Positions 1 to 9,002 of a stretch of DNA of 64,000 nt are shown here, in pieces. The notes beneath the pieces are model-generated. The model was given only the letters and a program-made list of their open reading frames with translations, did no database searches and was not told the DNA's origin. The stretch is from a virus, in the IMG/VR virus record IMGVR_UViG_3300037704_000085, positions 1-64,000 of that record; one strand, 5' to 3'. Every line of letters begins with the position of its first letter. Position 1 is the stretch's first letter. The translations under genes and the position numbers were made by a program.

Positions 1-74
1 ATTGTTCTCCCAGAGAGCGGGGGAGCGCCCATTGAAATCGGCATTCCGGTCAAGATCACCAAATAGGCATAGCC

Positions 75-1163
75 ATGGCAACCACGAAGGGAAAGAAGAG
101 TGACGACAACCACAACAAGGCGGCTGGTCGCAGCCGGAGCGTTCGCCCTGATGGCGATGCCGTACCTACCGCCCCTGCAAAGCGCCGCGCCGTCAGCACC
201 AAGCCGGCCACCACTCGCGCCGCCAAGAAACAGCCTGACACTGTTGCGCCCGGTGGATCAGCACGACCCGTCAAACCGGGAAGAGCGAAGAAACCGGGTG
301 CGCGACCGAAGCCGCACGCATCGGAAGTAAAGGCGGTCCCGGCCCCGGCGGCGGGGGTGACAATACCCGCCGAGCCGCCCCGGCTGATTGACGCGCTGCC
401 ACCGAAGCAGCAACGGTTCGTCAGGGAGTACCTGATTGACTTGAATGGTACGCAGGCGGCGATCCGGGCCAAGTATTCAGCGAACTCGGCGCACGTTATC
501 GCTTGCGAATTGTTAAGAAAACCTAATGTCGCGGCGGCAATCAGGCAGGAACAAGAACGAATCTCGATGGCGCTGGAAATCACTTCCGAGAAGGTCGTCG
601 CCCGCTGGCAGGAACAGTTCGAGGCGGACCCCGGCGAACTGACGCAGTTCCGCCGGCATCCGTGCCGCAACTGCTGGGGCAAGGATCACCGCTACCAATA
701 CACGCCGGGCGAGTTCGACAAGGCCAAGCGTGATCACCAGATGGCCCGCGCGCAGGCGTTGGGCAAGTCGGGCGGCAAGGTCGATATCGGCGAGTTCAGC
801 GGCTTGGAGGGGGACTGGTACGACCGGGGCCGCGAACCGAACGTCGAGTGCCCGGAATGCTTCGGTGATGGCGTAGGCGAGACCTTCTTTGCCGACACGC
901 GCAAGCTGTCGAAGAAGGGCAAGGCGCTGTTTCTGGGGGTCAAGGAAGGCAAGGACGGGCTGGAAATCAAGATCGCGTCGCCTGAGAAGGCTGGCGAGTT
1001 CCTCGCGCGACACTTGGGTATCTTCAACGACTCATTGAAGGTCGAGGTCGCGGAAATGACCACTGAAGCCTTGGAAGAGCGTTTTGTTTCCAAAATGCGT
1101 GAGGCGCAGGCTAGGCAAATGCAGGTGTTGCAAGAGCGTGGTATTGATCCTGCTGATGACTAA
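75..1163 (+). CDS. terS: Terminase small subunit with basic N-terminal extension and Cys-rich insert
   Basis: KQQRFVREYLIDLNGTQAAIRAKYS (Terminase_2-type HTH); CRNCWG...CPECFG; upstream of terL. Confidence 0.9.
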   Translation: MATTKGKKSDDNHNKAAGRSRSVRPDGDAVPTAPAKRRAVSTKPATTRAAKKQPDTVAPGGSARPVKPGRAKKPGARPKPHASEVKAVPAPAAGVTIPAEPPRLIDALPPKQQRFVREYLIDLNGTQAAIRAKYSANSAHVIACELLRKPNVAAAIRQEQERISMALEITSEKVVARWQEQFEADPGELTQFRRHPCRNCWGKDHRYQYTPGEFDKAKRDHQMARAQALGKSGGKVDIGEFSGLEGDWYDRGREPNVECPECFGDGVGETFFADTRKLSKKGKALFLGVKEGKDGLEIKIASPEKAGEFLARHLGIFNDSLKVEVAEMTTEALEERFVSKMREAQARQMQVLQERGIDPADD

Positions 1164-1166
1164 TTT

Positions 1167-1976
1167 ATGAAAGACCGAACATCTTCCGGTATTTATAGGA
1201 TCGAGAACACAGTAAGCGGTCGCGTTTATATTGGATCGGCGTCTTCGCTAAAGAAGCGTCGTAATTCACATTTTGGGATGTTGAAAAAAGGAAAGCACCA
1301 TAGCCAAAAGCTTCAGCGCTCATTCGACAAGCATGGCATCGGCGCATTTGAGTTCCTGCTGATTGAGTACGTTAATGGCGGGGCCGCTCTTTTGGAGCGA
1401 GAGCAGTATTGGATTGATTTATACGATTCTGCCAATTCAGGCTACAACATACTTAAATTTGCCGGAAGAATGGAAGGCAGAGAGAAAAGCGAGGAAGAGC
1501 GCGCAGCAATCAGAGAACGCATGAAAGAGAAGTGGAAAGACCCTGATCATAGAGCCATGATGGTTGAGCTAAATTCAAGCCGGGTTTTCACTGATGAACA
1601 CCGCCGAAAAATGAGTGAGGCGGCAAAAAGACGGTTTGAAGACCTGTCAGAGCGTAAGCGTTTTGCTTCTCTGCGCGTTGGTGTTCCACTGACGGACGAA
1701 ACGAAACGAAAAATGTCAGCAAAAACGACTGGCAGTAAAAGAAGCGAAGAAACCCGAAAGAAAATATCAGATGCAGCAAAAGAGCGAATGAAAGACCCTG
1801 AATATCGGTTCAGACTTGGCAGGCTAAACAAGAGCAAGCCAATCACCGAAGAAACCCGCCAAAAGATGCGCGAAGCAGCGAAGAGGCGCATGGAAAACCC
1901 AGAGACAAGGGCGAAGATTTCTGCTACCAACAAAGGGAAAACAAAAACAAAACAACCGGCCCGTGTGCTTGCTTAA
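1167..1976 (+). CDS. Free-standing GIY-YIG homing endonuclease with NUMOD3-type repeats
   Basis: SGIYRIEN...YIGS, EQYWID, GYNI; repeats of S/T-EET(R/K)xK(M/I)S; AT-rich relative to flanks. Confidence 0.9.
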   Translation: MKDRTSSGIYRIENTVSGRVYIGSASSLKKRRNSHFGMLKKGKHHSQKLQRSFDKHGIGAFEFLLIEYVNGGAALLEREQYWIDLYDSANSGYNILKFAGRMEGREKSEEERAAIRERMKEKWKDPDHRAMMVELNSSRVFTDEHRRKMSEAAKRRFEDLSERKRFASLRVGVPLTDETKRKMSAKTTGSKRSEETRKKISDAAKERMKDPEYRFRLGRLNKSKPITEETRQKMREAAKRRMENPETRAKISATNKGKTKTKQPARVLA

Positions 1977-1979
1977 AGA

Positions 1980-3548
1980 GTGGCTAGAAAAACAATCCTT
2001 GATGACGACAGATACCCTCTTTTCATAGAAAGGTATCACGCCGATCCGCTGCGATTCGCAGTCGAGGTTTGCGGTTTCTCGCCGTCAATGGATCAGGAAG
2101 ATTTGTTTTGGGCAGTAGTTCCTATGTCCGCAAAGGTTTCTGTTGTTTCCGGCACGGGTACAGGAAAAACGACGGCGGTAGCTCGTATTGCTTTATGGCA
2201 CATGCTCTGCCACCCGATTGCTTTGTATGAGGGGAAGGTAGAGGTGGGGAGCAATACTTATTTGGGCGCTCCGAAACTCGCGCAGGCAGTCGACGGCGTG
2301 TGGAAAGAGATTAGTGATACGCGGCTTGCTATCGGAAACGGCTCATTCTCATGGTTGAACGGCTACTACACGATCACAAAGACCAGAATCACCGTAAACG
2401 GCTTTGATGATCAGTGGTTTATCGCTCAAGTAGCGCTATCGAAGGGCGAATCGGTAGGTATTGCCGGTAAGCACCGATGGGCGCAAATGATTATCGTTGA
2501 CGAGGCAGCGGGGGTTCCAGACGGTCACTTTGACGTGATCGACGGAACGCAAAACCAAGAGTGCAACCGGACAATCATGCTATCTCAGGGCGTCCGAAAT
2601 GCCGGCCGGTTCTACGAGTCACATCACAACCTGAACGTCAATAACGGCGGAAGCTGGACTTCGCTGCGCTTCAACTCCGAGCGCTCGCCATTCGTCACCA
2701 ACAAATGGCTCAAAGACCGCATGGACGAGTGCGGCGGGCGCGAGTCGGTCGAATACAAGATTCGCGTGCGCGGCCTGTTCGCCGAGGATTCCGGCGCGAA
2801 CCTGCTGACTCGGACCGAACTCGAACTGGCGTTCCAGCCGAAGAAGATCATCCGCGACGACGAGCCGTTTGGCCTGATCGTGCTGTCGGACGTGGGTATG
2901 GGCGAATACCGCGACGATTCGGTGGCCCTGATCGCCAAGGTGATCGGCAACGGCGACTTCGGCGACGACGCGCGCCGGGTCGAATACATCGAAATGCCCA
3001 TATGCACCAACACCAAGAATGAAATCGACTTCGCGGGCGATCTGGTCAGTGTCTTCGGCCGGCTGTCGAACGCGACGCTGCTGGTCGATAACGGCGGCAT
3101 CGGCGCGACGGTCAATAAGCTGATCGAGCGTTCCGGCGTGCCGGTGCAGAAGGTCGATTGGGGCAAGCCCTGCTTCAAGAAAGCGTACAAGGAACGGTTT
3201 TACAACCAGCGGGCGTGCGCCATGGTGCGGTTCAGGGACGCCGTGCGGCAGGGCCGGGTCGTGCTGCCGCAAGGGCTCGACAAAAAGATGCGCGAGAAAA
3301 TCCTGCTGCAAGGCGCTCGCCTGCCATACCACTTCGCCGAGGCCGGCGGACTGCGCTACGTCATGGAGAAGAAGGAAGTCATGCGCGAAAACGGCATCAA
3401 GTCGCCCGACATTATCGACGCCATGAGCTTCGCCTTCCTTGAGGACGCGCACTACATGCCGGCCGAGAGCGGCATCAGTCAGGGCGGCGAGAGCCGCAAG
3501 CAGTCGGCCCGCGAGAAGGCCGAAGAGGCGCTGGCGGGCGTCGCCTAA
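1980..3548 (+). CDS. terL: Terminase large subunit (P1 PacB-like)
   Basis: Walker A SGTGTGKT, Walker B IIVDEAAG, nuclease motifs SDVG and KSPDIIDAMSF. Confidence 0.92.
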   Translation: MARKTILDDDRYPLFIERYHADPLRFAVEVCGFSPSMDQEDLFWAVVPMSAKVSVVSGTGTGKTTAVARIALWHMLCHPIALYEGKVEVGSNTYLGAPKLAQAVDGVWKEISDTRLAIGNGSFSWLNGYYTITKTRITVNGFDDQWFIAQVALSKGESVGIAGKHRWAQMIIVDEAAGVPDGHFDVIDGTQNQECNRTIMLSQGVRNAGRFYESHHNLNVNNGGSWTSLRFNSERSPFVTNKWLKDRMDECGGRESVEYKIRVRGLFAEDSGANLLTRTELELAFQPKKIIRDDEPFGLIVLSDVGMGEYRDDSVALIAKVIGNGDFGDDARRVEYIEMPICTNTKNEIDFAGDLVSVFGRLSNATLLVDNGGIGATVNKLIERSGVPVQKVDWGKPCFKKAYKERFYNQRACAMVRFRDAVRQGRVVLPQGLDKKMREKILLQGARLPYHFAEAGGLRYVMEKKEVMRENGIKSPDIIDAMSFAFLEDAHYMPAESGISQGGESRKQSAREKAEEALAGVA

Positions 3549-3674
3549 TTGTCATGGGCAGGGCGCTTGGGCGGCAAAGCGCGGCGCAAGGAACCTGCCG
3601 GTATCAGTTGCAACATAAAATTTAGCGGAAAGCTGCAAAACCTTCGGGTTTCGGCCTGTTTTGGTTTCGTGCGG

Positions 3675-3727
3675 TTTAGCGGTCGTTATAAAAAACGCTT
3701 GACACGTTCCGGGTAGGCGGCTACATT
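3675..3727 (+). promoter_or_regulatory. Early sigma70-type promoter, class A, with upstream operator-like 15-mer
   Basis: TTGACA 3699-3704, 17 bp, TACATT 3722-3727; TTTAGCGGTCGTTAT 3675-3689; similar copy at 7624-7676. Confidence 0.8.
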
Positions 3728-3760
3728 CACGCCATACCAACCAACCGGGAGCATTGCATC

Positions 3761-4030
3761 ATGTCCAATACCATCGACCTAACCCCGACGTGGGCCGGCG
3801 TGCTGCCGGCGCTGCTGGCCGTGCTGGAAAGCGGGACCAACGAAGGCAAGAAAATGGCCCGTGAAGAGCTTGCCAAGATGGCGAAGGGCCTTGACCGCTG
3901 CAACGCTGTCGTGCCGGCGCTGCTTGAAGCGCTCGAAGGCGTCATGAAGCCGATTGCCGGTAGCGACAAGGCCCCGATGTATGAAGCGGCCCGCGCCGCC
4001 ATCGACAAGGCTAGATCAAAGGCCCTTTGA
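3761..4030 (+). CDS. Hypothetical phage protein
   Basis: GGGAG RBS; first gene after promoter; ends in PALLEAL...ARAAIDKA module. Confidence 0.8.
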   Translation: MSNTIDLTPTWAGVLPALLAVLESGTNEGKKMAREELAKMAKGLDRCNAVVPALLEALEGVMKPIAGSDKAPMYEAARAAIDKARSKAL

Positions 4031-4116
4031 AGCCCCTAACAAGCCCCTGGCTTGACCTTTTCTATGCCCCTGCCAAGGCGGTGGTATCCACAAGATCAAC
4101 CCACCGGGAGTACAGC

Positions 4117-4485
4117 ATGGCAACAGACGTTCAACTGGTTTCGCAGGCCAATCCGGGCCCGTGGCGGCTTTGCAGCAACGAACAGGACAGGGAGTTTCAT
4201 ATTGTTGACGCTGACGGCCTACCCGTGGCAACGGTGGAGACGACCATAGCGAGCAGTTGCGCGAAATGGTCGAATAAAAGGCTTTCGGCCAAGGAACTCT
4301 GGCAGTCGGTTGCCAACGAGCGCGAGCAAGCAAACGCCAGCCTGATCGCCGCCGCGCGGGAAATGGCCGATGCGCTGCGAGCAATCCTGTTTCAACTAAC
4401 GCAGGGCGACAAGGTATTCGACCGCGACGCCTGCATCACTCAAGCCCGCGCCGCATATATCAAAGCCACCGGGGGAAAATCATGA
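4117..4485 (+). CDS. Hypothetical phage protein (PGPW...ANAxLIAAA module)
   Basis: GGGAG RBS before ATG 4117; motif shared with next gene. Confidence 0.8.
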   Translation: MATDVQLVSQANPGPWRLCSNEQDREFHIVDADGLPVATVETTIASSCAKWSNKRLSAKELWQSVANEREQANASLIAAAREMADALRAILFQLTQGDKVFDRDACITQARAAYIKATGGKS

Positions 4486-4904
4486 GTACCAAGCCGACGC
4501 CCGGCCCGTGGAGCCGGCACCAATTCAGCGATAAGAAGCCGGTTGCTCTTCGTAGCGACGACGGCCGAGAGTGGCAGGCTTTCGAAGTATTCATCGGGGC
4601 CGGCGAGAAGATGGTTGCATCCGCGCTCATGAGTACGTCGACCGGCGGCTATCCGTCGCCGACGACCGTTGAGGAATGCGAAGCCAATGCCGCACTGATC
4701 ATCGCATCGCCAAAGCTGCTGGCCGCGTGCGAACTGGTCTTGCAGTCGTTCGGCTACGCGCCTGGGCAGGGGCCGGGGTGGTACGAAGTCGCCCGGCAGG
4801 CCGTCGCGGCGGCAAACTCGACGCCAATGATCAAGCTGACCGAGCGCGATGGAGACATCACGCCTGACGCGCTCGCTGCTGCACTCGCGCGGCCGGTTGG
4901 CTGA
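4482..4904 (+). CDS. Hypothetical phage protein (TPGPW...ANAALIIASPKLL module)
   Basis: ATGA overlap; common phage accessory module. Confidence 0.8.
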   Translation: MSTKPTPGPWSRHQFSDKKPVALRSDDGREWQAFEVFIGAGEKMVASALMSTSTGGYPSPTTVEECEANAALIIASPKLLAACELVLQSFGYAPGQGPGWYEVARQAVAAANSTPMIKLTERDGDITPDALAAALARPVG

Positions 4905-4951
4905 AGCGCCTGAAAGAAAATTCTCAACAACACCAATAAAGGAAGCCTGAA

Positions 4952-5158
4952 ATGTCAGCCTCACAAGATAAAGAAAACGCCGTCAAGGCCGAACAAGCTG
5001 CCGGCCTGCTGGTCGCCGATCTGCGCGATCTGGTCAAGACCGATTGCCCGCTGCTGAACATGCTGTCGATGCAGGCGCTGAATGAGGCCGTCATGCTTCA
5101 GCGCAAGATTCTGTCGATGGTTGAGGCGATCCAGTCCAAGAACGTCGAACGTGTGTAG
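4952..5158 (+). CDS. Hypothetical protein
   Basis: AAGGAAG RBS; typical codon usage. Confidence 0.7.
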   Translation: MSASQDKENAVKAEQAAGLLVADLRDLVKTDCPLLNMLSMQALNEAVMLQRKILSMVEAIQSKNVERV

Positions 5159-5447
5159 CCACTTGATCAACATCAGCGAGGCAGCGCGCGGCGTCGTCGC
5201 GCTGGATGACGAGTTGGCGCGGGTCAACGGGGAAATCGAAGCCCTGCAAATCAAGCTATCGGTCGCTGTGTCGAAGAAGTTGGCGATCATCAGGGCGATG
5301 CGAACGCTCGCCGAACCGGAGGAAAATAATGAAAAAAGCAACGCTGCTGTTGGACGCTGTTCTGGTCTTGCCGATATTCATCTGGGCAGCACTTGTGTTC
5401 GTCGTGCTGGCTCCGTTTGTGATGGCCGCTGCGCTCTTCACGAATGA
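5151..5447 (+). CDS. Hypothetical coiled-coil protein
   Basis: Fills gap; heptad-like segment; start uncertain, 3' end overlaps next gene. Confidence 0.5.
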   Translation: MCSHLINISEAARGVVALDDELARVNGEIEALQIKLSVAVSKKLAIIRAMRTLAEPEENNEKSNAAVGRCSGLADIHLGSTCVRRAGSVCDGRCALHE

Positions 5448-5508
5448 CCGCAAGGAACTGAGCTTCTGGCTGCGGGATCGCATCCGGGTCGCGCGGGGCG
5501 TGTTGTGA
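5329..5508 (+). CDS. Small membrane protein
   Basis: GGAGG RBS; long hydrophobic stretch. Confidence 0.65.
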   Translation: MKKATLLLDAVLVLPIFIWAALVFVVLAPFVMAAALFTNDRKELSFWLRDRIRVARGVL

Positions 5509-5675
5509 TGGCCTGCTTCACCAAGCAGAAGAAGGCTGATTCGCGGCCCCGGTGCATGGGCGAGAACGCACGCGGCCAGCGCTGCGTATTCAAGGCGTCC
5601 GGGTATCGCGCGGGCGAACCGGCGTGCGGCAGTCATCAGAAATCGAAGGTTTTCAGGGTATGGAGGTTGAAGTAA
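5508..5675 (+). CDS. 55-aa Cys/His protein, possible zinc finger (not in ORF track)
   Basis: TGATG and TAATG coupling on both sides; CMGENARGQRC...CGSH. Confidence 0.6.
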   Translation: MACFTKQKKADSRPRCMGENARGQRCVFKASGYRAGEPACGSHQKSKVFRVWRLK

Positions 5676-6229
5676 TGGATAACGAGCGCATCAAATCCCG
5701 GCTCAAAAAGCTCTTGGCGCTGGCGCGGCGGGGCGAAGGCGGCGAGAAGATCAACGCCCAACGCATGCTCGAAGCAACGCTGAAGAAGCACGGCATGACG
5801 ATGGAAGACCTTGACGACAGCGCCGAGACGCCGCAGGAAGTGAAATTTAAGTTTGTCGGCCCGCTTGAACGTGACCTGCTTGGGCAAATTCTCGTCATGG
5901 TGTTCCGGGCAAGGACCGTCGAGACTTACGGTTATCGGCGATTCGGCAAGGCGGTCCGTGGATTGGTCGGCGTGATGGCGACGCGGGCGCAAGCGGTCGA
6001 GATTGAAGTCGCTTTCGAGGCGCACAAAAAGGCGCTCAAGGCGTACATGAAGAAGCAAGCCGGGCTCGCGTTCAATGCCTACGTGCAAACCAACGAGCTT
6101 TACAGCGGAATCGAAAGCGACGACAAGAGCAAGTCGAAAATGTCGATGGCTGACCTGATGGCGATCAAGTCGATGATGGACCGATTGGAGCCGACGCCGG
6201 TTCACCGGCAGATTGAATCGAGGGTCTGA
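5675..6229 (+). CDS. DUF2786-like protein
   Basis: RLKKLLALARRG...EKINAQRML...KKHG; GGAGG RBS. Confidence 0.75.
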   Translation: MDNERIKSRLKKLLALARRGEGGEKINAQRMLEATLKKHGMTMEDLDDSAETPQEVKFKFVGPLERDLLGQILVMVFRARTVETYGYRRFGKAVRGLVGVMATRAQAVEIEVAFEAHKKALKAYMKKQAGLAFNAYVQTNELYSGIESDDKSKSKMSMADLMAIKSMMDRLEPTPVHRQIESRV

Positions 6230-6231
6230 CC

Positions 6232-6678
6232 ATGGCGGCGCAATTCAAGATATCGAGAATCATCACCGCAGAAACGGCGCGGGCGATGATGGATGGCAGC
6301 GGGTCGTTTGCCGAGATTGACGTTTCAGGGTTTGATGCCCGGCACAACAACAGCGGCAACCATGGCGGCTTTGCAATGACCGTCTGGCGCATGTCAGATG
6401 CTGAGCGAAGCCCGGAGAAGGAAGAGCTTACGCGCTTCATGGTCGCATCGGCGAACGCCTGCGCCGGGATCAATCGCGACTACATGGAGAAGCTGGTTGC
6501 GGATGGCAGCAACATCAATGCCGAAATGATTGCGCGGATAGCCAAGATAACCGACATGAAAAAGCGGCAGCAAGACCTGATTGACGCGATAAAAAGAGAG
6601 TTTACTTACGCCCCAAGCTTCGGCAGGCTGTCACTCGGCGTCAAGAACCTGATCGATAACTTCGAGGCCGCACAATGA
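6232..6678 (+). CDS. Hypothetical protein
   Basis: Contiguous operon, RBS GAGG. Confidence 0.7.
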   Translation: MAAQFKISRIITAETARAMMDGSGSFAEIDVSGFDARHNNSGNHGGFAMTVWRMSDAERSPEKEELTRFMVASANACAGINRDYMEKLVADGSNINAEMIARIAKITDMKKRQQDLIDAIKREFTYAPSFGRLSLGVKNLIDNFEAAQ

Positions 6679-6953
6679 GCGAGAAACCCGACTTCGAGGC
6701 GCTGCGCCGCGACCGCAACGAGCGCCAGCAGGCGAGCATGAAGCGGCTGGCCGAGGAGCTTGATATTCCGCTGGCGTCGCTGACCAGCAACCACAACCCG
6801 GACGCCTGCTATTGCGCCTGTTCGACTGGCGGGCTGTGCGAACACCAATGGAATGGTGAAGGCGTCGAGTTTGACGACGGGCGCGGGTGGAGCGTCACTT
6901 GTTCGCGCTGCAACTGCACGGCCATGGGCCACGACATGCGGGCGTTGCCGTGA
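6675..6953 (+). CDS. Cys-rich hypothetical protein
   Basis: ATGA overlap; CYCAC..CEH..CSRC. Confidence 0.7.
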   Translation: MSEKPDFEALRRDRNERQQASMKRLAEELDIPLASLTSNHNPDACYCACSTGGLCEHQWNGEGVEFDDGRGWSVTCSRCNCTAMGHDMRALP

Positions 6954-7153
6954 CCGCCACCGATCCGCTTTGCTGCACGATCTGCCCGCGCCGCATCCGC
7001 GAAGCCAAGCAGTTGGCCGTCGCCATTGCCGCGCTGCTGGAAATGGATACCGACGCGGCACGCGACACGCTGGCGCAGATGGCAATCATAGACCCCGAGA
7101 GAGAGGAAAGAGGCTGTGACCAAAAGCGAAAGTACGAAGGGGGCGCGACGTGA
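6950..7153 (+). CDS. Hypothetical protein
   Basis: GTGA overlaps at both ends. Confidence 0.55.
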   Translation: MTATDPLCCTICPRRIREAKQLAVAIAALLEMDTDAARDTLAQMAIIDPEREERGCDQKRKYEGGAT

Positions 7154-7620
7154 GCACCTGTCCGAAATGTAACGCCAGTCCTTGCCGGTGCTTTGTTGGA
7201 GCTAGTCGCGTGACTAAAGGCAATACCGGCCCGTCGCCTGATCGCGCCTCGCTTTGTGTCGAAGCCTGCGCCGGCCTGCCCGATCTGGTCCTGAAGGCCA
7301 TCGCGGCACTCGGCGGCATGTCGCAAGACGCGGCCTGCCGGGCGCTGACCGAGCATTACGAACTGGCCGAGGAAGGCGCGAAAGAGGCGTTCGGCGTGGT
7401 CGTTATCGCCAAGCAGCAGATTGAGGCGAAGAGCCGCGAGCAGCAGCGGACGATTGACTCCCAAGGAAGCGTGATCTGCGCCTTCCGGACGCAACGCGAC
7501 ACGCTGTTGGATGCCGTGCGCAACCTGCGCGACCAGAAGGGCCGGCACAACACCGAGACCGCATACCGGCGCTTGATGGACGCCTTTGCCAAGGTAGAGG
7601 CCGAGAAAGCGAAGCTGTAG
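7150..7620 (+). CDS. Hypothetical protein
   Basis: GTGA overlap; coiled-coil C-terminus. Confidence 0.7.
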   Translation: MSTCPKCNASPCRCFVGASRVTKGNTGPSPDRASLCVEACAGLPDLVLKAIAALGGMSQDAACRALTEHYELAEEGAKEAFGVVVIAKQQIEAKSREQQRTIDSQGSVICAFRTQRDTLLDAVRNLRDQKGRHNTETAYRRLMDAFAKVEAEKAKL

Positions 7621-7623
7621 CGG

Positions 7624-7676
7624 TTTAGCGTTCGTAAAACAAAACGCTTGACGCGGAAGGCGTAGGCGGCTACATT
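7624..7676 (+). promoter_or_regulatory. Early sigma70-type promoter, class A (second copy)
   Basis: TTGACG 7648-7653, 17 bp, TACATT 7671-7676; shares GCGGTTTAGCG, AAAACGCTTGAC and GTAGGCGGCTACATT with the 3675 copy. Confidence 0.8.
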
Positions 7677-7708
7677 GACGCCATCATTAATCACAAGGGA
7701 GCCGCAGC

Positions 7709-8041
7709 ATGAACCTCACCCATTACCGTGGCCTGCGCGCCAAAGGCATGATTCGATCCAAGGCCATGGCGCTGAGTGGCGTCGAGCAAGCCGCCCTGAT
7801 CAAGCGTAGCCTGCACTGGCTGGGCCTGCTGTTGATCATTGCCGCCCTGATGATCGGCCTGATCAACGCGGCATCGGCGCAGCTTCAGGTCAGCGAGGCC
7901 GGGGCCGAATCGCGCGCCCTTCGCGCCGACATCGAGCGGCTGGAAAAAACCGTAGTGGCCTGCCTGAACGGCCTGCCGATAAAGGTTTCCGGCGAGTGGT
8001 TTCTGTGCAGCGCGGCCCCGTCTGGGTACAAGGTCAAATGA
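7709..8041 (+). CDS. Single-TM hypothetical protein
   Basis: AAGGGAG RBS; WLGLLLIIAALMIGLI. Confidence 0.75.
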   Translation: MNLTHYRGLRAKGMIRSKAMALSGVEQAALIKRSLHWLGLLLIIAALMIGLINAASAQLQVSEAGAESRALRADIERLEKTVVACLNGLPIKVSGEWFLCSAAPSGYKVK

Positions 8042-8607
8042 AGCAGGGAGAAAGCATCCGCTTTGCCTTGGCGCTTCGAGAGCATGGCGTCGAGGAACGG
8101 CTTCTGCGCGTGCTGTCGGCCTTCGAGCCGCTGTCGGCGGTCGAGATTGCCGAGATAACCGGGCAAAAGCGAGTGACCGAGCATTGCGCGGTATCGCGGT
8201 TGCGGGAGGGCAAAACGATCCACGTCGGCAGCTACGGACAGCGCGCCGGGCGTGGCGGGCCATCGACGCCGAAGTTCTGCATCGGCCGGCATGACGACGT
8301 GCGACCGCCGGCCAAGAAAACCCACAAGGAATTGTCGCTTGAGAGTCGCGAGCGGCTGAAGCGCGAGCGCCCGCAGGTCAATGCCGAGCGAAATCAGAAA
8401 GCATGGCGGGACCAGAAGGCCCGGCTTGAGGCCGACCCGGAGCGCCGGAAGGCACTAAGGCAGTACAAGAACGAGTGGGACCGCGAGCGGTACGGCTACG
8501 TGCCGCGTGTCCTGCGCAACAAGCAGCAACTGGCCGAGATTGCCATTCAGTTCGGCATTACTCGCGACGTGACCAAAAGCAACCGATCCGCCCGCAAGGC
8601 GGCATAA
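8038..8607 (+). CDS. Putative winged-HTH DNA-binding protein (paralog of 22060-22554)
   Basis: PLSAVEIAEITG...VSRL; basic C-terminus; ATGA overlap. Confidence 0.65.
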   Translation: MKQGESIRFALALREHGVEERLLRVLSAFEPLSAVEIAEITGQKRVTEHCAVSRLREGKTIHVGSYGQRAGRGGPSTPKFCIGRHDDVRPPAKKTHKELSLESRERLKRERPQVNAERNQKAWRDQKARLEADPERRKALRQYKNEWDRERYGYVPRVLRNKQQLAEIAIQFGITRDVTKSNRSARKAA

Positions 8608-8621
8608 CCAAGGGGTACAAG

Positions 8622-8993
8622 ATGGAAGTCAAACTAAACGACAGCGACATGGATGTTTTGGCCGAAAAAGTAGCCAATATCCTGAAGCACAAACTGATCG
8701 CGGCGGCGGCAATGGGCGGCGCATTCAAGGCGCTCGAAGATCGCGCCAAGGCGTGCGCCGAGAACCATTTGGATATCACGTTCAAGGGCGATGTTCACCA
8801 GATGTTCCGCGACGTTCTGAAGAGCGAAAGCAAGCTGAACGCGAACGTCATTCTGCGGGATGTTGTTGCCGAATTGCTGGGCAGCAAACAGGAACTGCGC
8901 AAAGAGGCGTTCGCGTCGGTGCTGTCGGCCATGAATGCGGCGGCGGATCACTGCAAGGAACGCATCAGCGGCATCACAGACAACGACGACTGA
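8622..8993 (+). CDS. Hypothetical protein
   Basis: AAGGGG RBS before ATG 8622. Confidence 0.7.
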   Translation: MEVKLNDSDMDVLAEKVANILKHKLIAAAAMGGAFKALEDRAKACAENHLDITFKGDVHQMFRDVLKSESKLNANVILRDVVAELLGSKQELRKEAFASVLSAMNAAADHCKERISGITDNDD

Positions 8994-9002
8994 GGCCAAG
9001 CC

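Noticed and set aside
50-980. P1-type pac site (clustered TGATCA/G) in terS
   Set aside because: GATC sites are few and scattered, with no hexamer cluster
3626-3667. CGGAAAGC as a sixth late promoter
   Set aside because: The +36 hexamer is TGGTTT and the downstream genes have their own sigma70 promoter; the adjacent AAACC-TTCG-GGTTT hairpin is too short to call a terminator
4030-4075. GCCCCTAAC-AAGCC as an attC left half; GCCCCT repeats
   Set aside because: No complementary right arm or matching GTTAGGG; repeats too short
7184-7230. Imperfect hairpin around TAGTCGCGTGACTA
   Set aside because: Within a CDS, single copy, no att boxes; plausible by chance
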